From Escherichia phage JLBYU07, in the sequence record OK272485.1: a stretch of DNA of 50,290 nucleotides, one strand, 5' to 3'. Position 1 is the stretch's first letter. Each line of letters begins with the position of its first letter. Of this stretch, positions 16,893-23,756 are shown piece by piece. Position numbers and translations under genes: made by a program. Under the pieces are notes generated by a model. It ran no database searches. It was not told the DNA's origin and saw nothing but the letters and a program-made list of their open reading frames with translations.

Positions 16893-17786
16893 ATGTTAAA
16901 ACTTGCTGACATTAAATTCCCGATCACCTTCGAATCTCGCGGCATTGGTCATTACATTTTTACCGATGAAAAAACATGCCATAAGGTTGATTTGTATAGC
17001 TACAAGCGTGAGCCATCAAGCATGGAGATTGAACACTTCATTGATGCACATAACAAGCACTACAACGCACTTAAAGACTATGGCTACGCAATGCCAGGAT
17101 ATACCAGCTTCCACTACAAGCCATACAAGGGCCAGGTGTTACCAGTTCGCTCACCGGAACGCGCAGAGATTCCGATGGTCAATATGAAAACCTGCGACTA
17201 CAAAAAGCTGTGGTGCTTAAGTGTGGACAATATCAAGTATCCGATCACGTTCCACACAACTGGTAACTCAACGATTCGCTTCACATCACGCGACAATGGC
17301 GTTTATAGCGATGGTCAGAAATCAGAGTTGAAAGTTGATTTCTTTGTCAACGGTCACAACAAATTCAATCCGCACAACGAAGAGGATAAAGTGTATTACG
17401 TGGAAGACATTACAAAACACTTGTTTGGAGAAACTCCATTCGGCGGCGGGAAGACGGCAGTTCAGAAAATCATTGGCGAGGAGATCCACAAAGCGGCTGT
17501 CGAAATGAAAGCGCCTGGAGGCTGGCGTATTGACAAGAGCGCCTTTGCCTATCAAGAAATCGTAACGCAGGGCGCGATTGAAGATATGCCAGTTACAGCC
17601 ACGCTAAAAGGAGTCCGGCTTGATGACGGCAGTTGGTATGAATTAACGGCTACACCAAAGACGATCGAAATTCATGATGATGTTGTTATCCTTCTGCTTC
17701 ACTACGGCGGCACTAAAAACCGGACTGTTGCAGGTGAGATCAGCATCAAGCGCGGAACGATGGTTAAGTGGAAGGTGAAGATTTGA
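16893..17786 (+). CDS. hypothetical protein with internal tandem domain duplication
   Basis: 297 aa; AGGAGG RBS; two related ~100-aa segments (ADIKFPITFESRGIGHYIFT / DNIKYPITFHTTGNSTIRFT; HFIDAHNKHYN / FFVNGHNKFNP). Confidence 0.55.
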   Translation: MLKLADIKFPITFESRGIGHYIFTDEKTCHKVDLYSYKREPSSMEIEHFIDAHNKHYNALKDYGYAMPGYTSFHYKPYKGQVLPVRSPERAEIPMVNMKTCDYKKLWCLSVDNIKYPITFHTTGNSTIRFTSRDNGVYSDGQKSELKVDFFVNGHNKFNPHNEEDKVYYVEDITKHLFGETPFGGGKTAVQKIIGEEIHKAAVEMKAPGGWRIDKSAFAYQEIVTQGAIEDMPVTATLKGVRLDDGSWYELTATPKTIEIHDDVVILLLHYGGTKNRTVAGEISIKRGTMVKWKVKI

Positions 17787-17862
17787 GTTTGTTCACTGCG
17801 GCGCACGTCGCCGCATGGATCGGATTGTTTGCCTACCTGTTTAGCTTTTATTGAGGTGAGAG

Positions 17863-18015
17863 ATGGCTACATGGATTTTGCTGATTCTTATGATTGATGG
17901 CGGCGTTGACCATATCGAAATGAATAGCCAGCAATCTTGCATTGAGGCACGAGAGCAGATCAAGAACAACAACAGGTTTTATGCGTACACTCGCACGCTA
18001 TGTATTAAGAAATAG
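17863..18015 (+). CDS. hypothetical small protein
   Basis: 50 aa, below track threshold; GAGGTGA RBS; stop TAG in conserved box. Confidence 0.45.
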   Translation: MATWILLILMIDGGVDHIEMNSQQSCIEAREQIKNNNRFYAYTRTLCIKK

Positions 18016-18031
18016 CACTTTTTGTTAAAAC
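18011..18031 (+). promoter_or_regulatory. conserved intergenic box AATAGCACTTTTTGTTAAAAC
   Basis: exact copy; TAG is stop of small gene 17863-18015. Confidence 0.65.
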
Positions 18032-18084
18032 TCAAATGTGGGGCCAGGTATAATGGCCTCACTTTCAACGAAGGAGATAAAACG

Positions 18085-18303
18085 ATGTACATTAAAAAGA
18101 AGATGAAATGCGTTTCCGTTAACTATGCTTGCTCTGGCATGTTCAAGCCTGGCGAAATCTATACGGCGCAAAAACTGAAAACATCAACCGGATCTTTTTA
18201 CGTGAGCAATAGTAAGGGACATCGCATGTTCCTGAACGGCGGCGAAGGCACTAAGGTTATGGCACACGCTATGGTAATGGCTGAATTTGAGGAAGTGAAA
18301 TAA
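18085..18303 (+). CDS. hypothetical protein
   Basis: 72 aa from ATG 18085 with AGGAG RBS. Confidence 0.5.
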   Translation: MYIKKKMKCVSVNYACSGMFKPGEIYTAQKLKTSTGSFYVSNSKGHRMFLNGGEGTKVMAHAMVMAEFEEVK

Positions 18304-18305
18304 TC

Positions 18306-18515
18306 ATGGATCAGAACAAAACAGCAAAATATAAATTCACTGACGACTACGGAGACACTATCGACGTTTATCAGCGTGGGAATCAGATCTTTATAGATGG
18401 CACTTTCGAATATGGCCGGATGCCAGACTTTCGGGGAATACTTTCGTCAGATAGCGCGCGACGCATGGCGAACGTGTTAAATGAACTGGCGGCAAAGATT
18501 GAGGCGATGCAATGA
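18306..18515 (+). CDS. hypothetical protein
   Basis: 69 aa; tightly spaced after upstream gene. Confidence 0.5.
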   Translation: MDQNKTAKYKFTDDYGDTIDVYQRGNQIFIDGTFEYGRMPDFRGILSSDSARRMANVLNELAAKIEAMQ

Positions 18516-18826
18516 AAAAATACACTTTCGAACTGTGGGGCAAGAAGTACGAATTAATCACCAGCAAGCCGATTGTTGTGTGCGATCTCGACGGCACACT
18601 ATCGGACGGCGCGCCTAGCTTCTTTGCTATCCATTCTATTGACGGCAAGGATATTGGGTACAACGTTATCCGTCGAGATGGAATATCAAAACTTAGTGAC
18701 CTGGTAGGCCATATTGTGTCAATCGGGAAATGCGCATGGCCCGATTCGCCACGAGAGCCGCGCCGCCGCGACATGGTAGATCCTGTTCTGCTTTACACCA
18801 TGGTAGTAGAAGGAGAAAATAAATGA
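18512..18826 (+). CDS. hypothetical protein with HAD-like DxDGT motif
   Basis: 104 aa; VVCDLDGTLSDG resembles HAD phosphatase motif I, other HAD motifs not evident. Confidence 0.4.
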   Translation: MKKYTFELWGKKYELITSKPIVVCDLDGTLSDGAPSFFAIHSIDGKDIGYNVIRRDGISKLSDLVGHIVSIGKCAWPDSPREPRRRDMVDPVLLYTMVVEGENK

Positions 18827-19008
18827 TTTGGTTACTTGCTTTTTTGGTTGTTTTTCTTTACATTTCAGGCTTGTTTACGTTCCGCGCGTTGGTGAAATAT
18901 TCTGACGCGACAGACAAAGACGATAAAATCGTTCTCGCTTTCTGGTTTGTTTGGGTGTGGTTAGCAATTTACGAGATCATCAGAGACAAACAGAAATTTG
19001 AGTGGTGA
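18823..19008 (+). CDS. small membrane protein (two predicted TMDs)
   Basis: 61 aa; hydrophobic helices WLLAFLVVFLYISGLF and LAFWFVWVWLAIY. Confidence 0.5.
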   Translation: MIWLLAFLVVFLYISGLFTFRALVKYSDATDKDDKIVLAFWFVWVWLAIYEIIRDKQKFEW

Positions 19009-19065
19009 TTCTTGCTATGGCGCATTCATGCAGTGCGCCATGTTGAGAAAACCTAAAGGGGGGAA

Positions 19066-19218
19066 ATGATGCGTAACTTTGAAAAAATCATTACCAAAAA
19101 GAAGCGTCGCGGGTACGATGAGCATGTGGAGCTTGTGAAAAAGCAACGCAAGAAGCGCAACGAAGACAAGAAGCGCGGGAAAAAATTTAATGCGATTTTT
19201 CGCTATGGAGATCATTAA
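19066..19218 (+). CDS. small highly basic protein
   Basis: 50 aa, below track threshold; GGGGGG RBS; Lys/Arg-rich (KKKRRG, KKQRKKRNEDKKRGKK); antisense track ORF 19015-19215 rejected. Confidence 0.45.
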   Translation: MMRNFEKIITKKKRRGYDEHVELVKKQRKKRNEDKKRGKKFNAIFRYGDH

Positions 19219-19220
19219 TC

Positions 19221-19811
19221 ATGAAACGAGACATTATCATCCTTAATGGGCCGCCAGGTTGCGGGAAGGACACTATTGCAGCTTACCTAACGGGCCATCG
19301 TTACCCTGCCGTCAAGGCGTCATTCAAACAGCCGATGTTCGATATTGCTTTTTCTATGCTGGGCGTGTACCGATACGATGAATTTATGGACCTGTACAAC
19401 GACCGAGAGCAAAAAGAAAAGCCTCAAGTTATCTTGGGCGGCAAGTCACCTCGACAATTCATGATCTGGATTAGCGAGGATGTAATGAAGCCAGTTTTTG
19501 GGGATCACTATTTCGGGCGTCGAATGGTTGAAGAGATTCACGAGATGTACCGAGATTTGGCGGTTGTGATCAGTGATGGCGGATTCCCCGAAGAAATAAA
19601 GCCGCTGGTTAAGGCAGGGCATGAAGTGCATATTTGCCGATTGCATCGCGACGGCTTCACGTTTGCTGGCGATTCGAGAGACTATATTGACCTGAGCGGT
19701 TATCACTATCGAATCCATCACTATGACTTCCAATTGCAGGACGGCAAGCCGGAACTGGCTGTAAACGAGATCGTCAATGCTGTCAAATGGAAACACACGC
19801 AGATTAAATAG
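19221..19811 (+). CDS. P-loop nucleotide/nucleoside kinase-like protein
   Basis: 196 aa; Walker A ILNGPPGCGKDT at N-terminus; stop TAG in variant box. Confidence 0.5.
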   Translation: MKRDIIILNGPPGCGKDTIAAYLTGHRYPAVKASFKQPMFDIAFSMLGVYRYDEFMDLYNDREQKEKPQVILGGKSPRQFMIWISEDVMKPVFGDHYFGRRMVEEIHEMYRDLAVVISDGGFPEEIKPLVKAGHEVHICRLHRDGFTFAGDSRDYIDLSGYHYRIHHYDFQLQDGKPELAVNEIVNAVKWKHTQIK

Positions 19812-19826
19812 CACGAATTGCTAAAC
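19807..19826 (+). promoter_or_regulatory. conserved intergenic box copy (variant AATAGCACGAATTGCTAAAC)
   Basis: TAG is stop of kinase gene; TATAAT 22 nt after TTGCTA. Confidence 0.55.
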
Positions 19827-19881
19827 GCGGGGCGCAATGCCTCGCTATAATGCAAACACCAATCAACGAGAGAAAATCACA

Positions 19882-20262
19882 ATGGTTAACATCAGAAAAA
19901 TCCGCGTCGGCACTAAATTCTTAGTTACTTATGCAATTCCAGATAGCGGAATGAAGAAGGGCCAGATTGTTAAGGTTGATAGCAAAAGATTCGGAATCCC
20001 TGGTGTCAATGGCTATCTAATCAATAGAGATCTTGGATTCGACGGCTTCGCTATCCGTGCGCTTGAGGGTATTGTTGCCACTCTTAAACGAATCACTAAT
20101 CATCGCGGCTGCCCAATCAAGACGATTAAAGCGCCAGTAAATTACGGCAAACTGGATAATCGTCGAATCCGCCGCCTGGCGCGTAACGCGTTAAAATTCC
20201 GTGGCGTAGGCGATGATTTCTACTATGGTTACAAGAGGATCGCGCGCAATGCTGGGAAATAA
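19882..20262 (+). CDS. hypothetical protein
   Basis: 126 aa from ATG 19882 (GAGAG RBS); track start overlaps TATAAT. Confidence 0.5.
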   Translation: MVNIRKIRVGTKFLVTYAIPDSGMKKGQIVKVDSKRFGIPGVNGYLINRDLGFDGFAIRALEGIVATLKRITNHRGCPIKTIKAPVNYGKLDNRRIRRLARNALKFRGVGDDFYYGYKRIARNAGK

Positions 20263-20303
20263 CAATAACGCAACGAATCCTAAGCCACCTTTTGATTTTC
20301 ATT

Positions 20304-20318
20304 CCGCAATGATTGCGG
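20304..20318. promoter_or_regulatory. 15-bp perfect palindrome CCGCAATGATTGCGG (candidate operator)
   Basis: 7-bp arms with 1-nt centre, cannot form an RNA hairpin; about 45 nt upstream of gene 20362. Confidence 0.4.
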
Positions 20319-20361
20319 TATTATCAATGCTACTTTTTCTTTATAGCATGAGGGCGCTACT

Positions 20362-20610
20362 ATGGTTTTTAACGCATTGAAACGACTGTTTAAGCCGGAA
20401 TACCGGATCGTATTTTGCCGAGACTGTTCTACTTATCATGTGCAGCGACGCAGCTTAGGCGGCAATTGGCACTATGTTACAGACGACTTTTTCGGCATCA
20501 TTGCCACTGAATTTAAGTATTACAGCGATGCTTATATGTACGTGAAGAAGCGCCACCGCTTACGCAAGTGTCGTTTTTCCGTACTGATTCACGTTAATGA
20601 TTGTTACTGA
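20362..20610 (+). CDS. hypothetical Cys-containing protein
   Basis: 82 aa; preceded by a 15-bp perfect palindrome. Confidence 0.45.
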   Translation: MVFNALKRLFKPEYRIVFCRDCSTYHVQRRSLGGNWHYVTDDFFGIIATEFKYYSDAYMYVKKRHRLRKCRFSVLIHVNDCY

Positions 20611-20617
20611 GGTGAAA

Positions 20618-20800
20618 ATGAAAACCTGTATTATTATTCTTTTCCTGATCCTTTTCGGCAGCCATTTAACCATTAACTATGAGGGCATTATGGCCTTTTG
20701 GGGCAACTTGATGGTTTTTGCCGCTGGTTCAATTACTGGCTACTCTGACGGGAAAAAGGACGGCGTTCGCAAGATGCTGATGGGACTTAAACAAAAATAA
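20618..20800 (+). CDS. small membrane protein
   Basis: 60 aa from ATG 20618 (GAGGTGA RBS); two hydrophobic segments. Confidence 0.5.
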   Translation: MKTCIIILFLILFGSHLTINYEGIMAFWGNLMVFAAGSITGYSDGKKDGVRKMLMGLKQK

Positions 20801-20811
20801 GGGGATCTGAA

Positions 20812-21105
20812 ATGGCAAACAAAACTTACCGCAAACTACTGGTTAACGCTTTTGAAAACATCGCGCAGTGTAACAAGTGGAACGACTCTAAACACTCGCC
20901 AGTCACAATGAAGCGGGCCGGATTCAAAAATGCTCGTTCATGGGCGCGAGCTTTCGCAGCTTGCTATATTCCGGATGGTGGACTAGGAGCGATGAACGAT
21001 TTTTTGATCAACATGATAGAGGAAGCGGCGCGAGAGGATCGACCGCTGACACAGCGAGATTTTGACGACTTCGCGCGCGATGAGCTTTACTATCTGAGCC
21101 AATAG
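20812..21105 (+). CDS. hypothetical protein
   Basis: 97 aa; stop TAG in conserved box. Confidence 0.5.
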   Translation: MANKTYRKLLVNAFENIAQCNKWNDSKHSPVTMKRAGFKNARSWARAFAACYIPDGGLGAMNDFLINMIEEAAREDRPLTQRDFDDFARDELYYLSQ

Positions 21106-21121
21106 CACTTTTTGTTAAAAC
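21101..21121 (+). promoter_or_regulatory. conserved intergenic box AATAGCACTTTTTGTTAAAAC
   Basis: exact copy; TAG is stop of gene 20812-21105; followed by hairpin GGGCATTTGGTAAAGTGCCC. Confidence 0.65.
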
Positions 21122-21177
21122 TTCCGCAAGGGCATTTGGTAAAGTGCCCTTATTGAAGCGAAACAGAGGAAAGCGCA

Positions 21178-21390
21178 ATGAAAATCAAAATTACCAAAAT
21201 CGACACTATCAACGGCGACGGATCAATCACTCTTGAGCAATGTGGCTTGGTTGTTGGTGATGTGCTGGAAGTTGACGGACATTTCAGCGACGGATCTTAT
21301 TGTGTTATTGCGCCGCGCAACAGCGAGTTTATCAAGGCTGGCGACAATATTAGTGTTAACCATGACGAATGCGAGGTAGTAGAAGAATGA
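21178..21390 (+). CDS. hypothetical acidic protein
   Basis: 70 aa; GAGGA RBS; acidic. Confidence 0.5.
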   Translation: MKIKITKIDTINGDGSITLEQCGLVVGDVLEVDGHFSDGSYCVIAPRNSEFIKAGDNISVNHDECEVVEE

Positions 21391-21650
21391 TCACGATTAA
21401 CCTGTCAGAGCAGCAAGCGCGCATTATGTTAGCGGCCTTTGGCTGGCGAGATGATGACGGCATCCAGGCAACGGTTAAAATTCCTGAGCCAGTGGCGCGT
21501 GAAGTTTTCAGCCAGCTAGAACACGCATTTGATCCTGCTGGGACTGAGCAAGCGGAAACTGCCGCATGGTTCGGAGAGAACGGATACAGAGATCAGCAAG
21601 TCGAAAACTGGAAGCGCATAAACGAGACTATGGAGGAATCAGGTTTATGA
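21387..21650 (+). CDS. hypothetical acidic protein
   Basis: 87 aa from ATG 21387 (ATGA overlap). Confidence 0.5.
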   Translation: MITINLSEQQARIMLAAFGWRDDDGIQATVKIPEPVAREVFSQLEHAFDPAGTEQAETAAWFGENGYRDQQVENWKRINETMEESGL

Positions 21651-21961
21651 TTTATATTCACTACTACCAAATCGGAACTAACGAGAACAAAAAAGAGCAT
21701 CGTTTCATCCACGATGATTTGGACAAGGCAAAGGTACAGCAACAGGTTTTAGGCGGCGTCATTCAGGCTTTTGAGCCTGTAGAAGATATTGAGTACCGCG
21801 AGCATTTAAAAGATGTTGTTATTGATGAGATCTCTTGCTTGATTGATGATATGACAAATCACGGCCCTGGTTCCCCGTGGGAAGATTCAGGATCTGTAAC
21901 GTGGGATAAGGCCAAAGTTAAGACGCTAAACAACTTTCGAGAGATTCTCGACGGTTTTTAA
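21647..21961 (+). CDS. hypothetical protein
   Basis: 104 aa from ATG 21647 (ATGA overlap). Confidence 0.5.
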   Translation: MIYIHYYQIGTNENKKEHRFIHDDLDKAKVQQQVLGGVIQAFEPVEDIEYREHLKDVVIDEISCLIDDMTNHGPGSPWEDSGSVTWDKAKVKTLNNFREILDGF

Positions 21962-22031
21962 TTAAAAACGCATAGCCGTTAGAGCGCCTAAATCGCATTC
22001 TAACGAGCTATTTTTCTGGTAAGGTGATTTA

Positions 22032-22160
22032 ATGGATGAGTACAAACAACCCTCGCAATGGTGCAAAGAGAAGCAGGAGGAAGCACTTGAGCGCGGAGAT
22101 GTAGAAGAAGCTATGAACTATTTCAAACTTGCGGAAGAATGGAAGGGGAGAGGATACTGA
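22032..22160 (+). CDS. hypothetical small protein
   Basis: 42 aa, below track threshold; AGGTGA RBS; stop overlaps next ATG. Confidence 0.4.
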   Translation: MDEYKQPSQWCKEKQEEALERGDVEEAMNYFKLAEEWKGRGY

Positions 22161-22390
22161 TGTTCGGCATGAACGAGGCGCAATTCAACGCAGCTAAACG
22201 CCAGGCTAAAAAGTGCGGCGAGGCAATGAAAGCGGATGTGGAAAAGCGCGGGAAGTATGTTGATGAAGTAATGAAGGGCATCATTGCAGAACACTACCAG
22301 CCAATCGCGCCAATGTTGACGATCACTCAATTCATTTGGCTATGTGGTTACTTGCGAGGACGTTGGGGGAACGCTTTCGACAGGGAATGA
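22160..22390 (+). CDS. hypothetical protein
   Basis: 76 aa from ATG 22160 with GGAGAGGA RBS. Confidence 0.5.
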   Translation: MFGMNEAQFNAAKRQAKKCGEAMKADVEKRGKYVDEVMKGIIAEHYQPIAPMLTITQFIWLCGYLRGRWGNAFDRE

Positions 22391-22553
22391 TTGACAACTC
22401 TTTCCTGATTGGTTAGCATGGCGTCGTTTACATAAGAGCGGCTTAGTCCGAACGCGTGACGCGATAGTCACACAACAACGGCGATATGCAGGAGGTTTTT
22501 GCAACGCAAAATAATCCATAAGACGTATCGCCTTTTTTTAATGGAGATCCAAA

Positions 22554-22787
22554 ATGATTAAATACAAATTAACCGTTTCTTTCCGTGATACCGTTATTCA
22601 TCCTTTCTACAATAGCTTTGTTAACAGCTTTACAGTAGAAGCGACAGAGGATCAGCTTGACGGTGACGAAACTTGCATTTCTATCGGCAATGTTGCTTAT
22701 CCGATTCACAACATTACCAGCATTAAGCGTGAGGTTGTCGCTGATGAATTACAAAGTGAAGATGACGATCAGGCGAATGGGGCGTAA
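22554..22787 (+). CDS. hypothetical acidic protein
   Basis: 77 aa; GGAG RBS; acidic C-terminus. Confidence 0.5.
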   Translation: MIKYKLTVSFRDTVIHPFYNSFVNSFTVEATEDQLDGDETCISIGNVAYPIHNITSIKREVVADELQSEDDDQANGA

Positions 22788-22929
22788 TTGCCAATCATGC
22801 AAACAGGAATATGAATGCGTAGTTGATGCTCTTGATGAACTGGAAGCAGTAGCAAAAGCAAAAGAGCAATCGGGCGCTAATCCTGAAACACATCAATTTT
22901 CAATTAATCTTGTGAGGGCTTTACAATGA
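22762..22929 (+). CDS. hypothetical small Cys-rich protein
   Basis: about 55 aa; start ambiguous (22762 or 22777), weak RBS; CQSCKQEYEC. Confidence 0.3.
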   Translation: MTIRRMGRNCQSCKQEYECVVDALDELEAVAKAKEQSGANPETHQFSINLVRALQ

Positions 22930-23150
22930 TCGCATTATCTTTCTGCATTGGTTTTATTATGGCTATCATTATCTTTTCCGTTGTCATGCGCTTTGCTTAT
23001 AAGTTCGTGATTAATAAAGGTTGGTACGCTTCTGCAATCTGGAGCGAAAAACAAAAGAAATGGCTTATCCGTGGTCAATACCTTATGATCGGCAGCAAGA
23101 TCCTAAATTCCATTCGAGCCAAAGATGGAAAAGTAAAATATACAGCTTAA
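22926..23150 (+). CDS. membrane protein (N-terminal TMD)
   Basis: 74 aa; hydrophobic N-terminus FCIGFIMAIIIFSVV; ATGA overlap. Confidence 0.5.
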   Translation: MIALSFCIGFIMAIIIFSVVMRFAYKFVINKGWYASAIWSEKQKKWLIRGQYLMIGSKILNSIRAKDGKVKYTA

Positions 23151-23156
23151 AAATTA

Positions 23157-23180
23157 CCCGCCGCACGGCGGGTTTTTTAT
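23157..23180 (+). terminator. rho-independent terminator
   Basis: hairpin CCCGCCGCACGGCGGG followed by T6. Confidence 0.65.
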
Positions 23181-23200
23181 TGCCCGTTGTCTGGTATAAT
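23172..23200 (+). promoter_or_regulatory. candidate extended -10 promoter of the late operon
   Basis: TGgTATAAT at 23192-23200, weak -35; immediately upstream of terminase small subunit RBS. Confidence 0.35.
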
Positions 23201-23228
23201 CAGGCATCTAACCAAAGGAGGATTAATA

Positions 23229-23756
23229 ATGGCTAAAAATGTTGAGCCTGCTGTAAAGGCATTAAATTTCAAAGAGTTATACAATAAAACTTATGGCGAT
23301 ATTGTCACGCTAAACAACCGCCACAAGTACACGCCGGAACAGGTTTTTGATATGGCGATCCGCTATTTCACTTGGGCCGAAGAGAATCACATCCAGGCGG
23401 CTGAAACTGCTTCCTTTCAGGGTGACGTGTACGAGAGCAGAGTTTACAAGCCTCGCGTTTTCACGGTTAACGGATTCAGCTTGTATCTCGGCGTGACTGA
23501 GGCTGCCGTAAGCAAATGGCGTAAAGAGCCTGGATTCTGCGATGTGATGGAGTTTGTTGATAAAGTAATTTACGAGCAAAAATTCCAGCTTGCGGCAAAT
23601 AACATGATTAACGCTGGATTTATCGGTAAAGAGATCGGAGTAGAGAAGCCAGCAACAGTGAGCGTTGAAGCGAGCGCGGCAGCTAATGCAAGCATTGACG
23701 CAGTAACTGCCGATGAGGTGAAAGAGGCTGTGATTGATATTCTGGAGCAACTTTAA
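23229..23756 (+). CDS. terminase small subunit
   Basis: 175 aa from ATG 23229 (AAGGAGG RBS); directly upstream of and ATGA-coupled to large terminase; HTH-like segment. Confidence 0.55.
   Translation: MAKNVEPAVKALNFKELYNKTYGDIVTLNNRHKYTPEQVFDMAIRYFTWAEENHIQAAETASFQGDVYESRVYKPRVFTVNGFSLYLGVTEAAVSKWRKEPGFCDVMEFVDKVIYEQKFQLAANNMINAGFIGKEIGVEKPATVSVEASAAANASIDAVTADEVKEAVIDILEQL

Noticed and set aside
16469-16945. Track ORF of 158 aa on the minus strand
   Set aside because: Antisense to two RBS-supported plus-strand genes and to the structured non-coding segment; no RBS; considered spurious.
19015-19215. 66-aa minus-strand ORF
   Set aside because: Antisense within a plus-strand operon; the plus-strand 50-aa basic ORF has a strong GGGGGG RBS and fits operon polarity.
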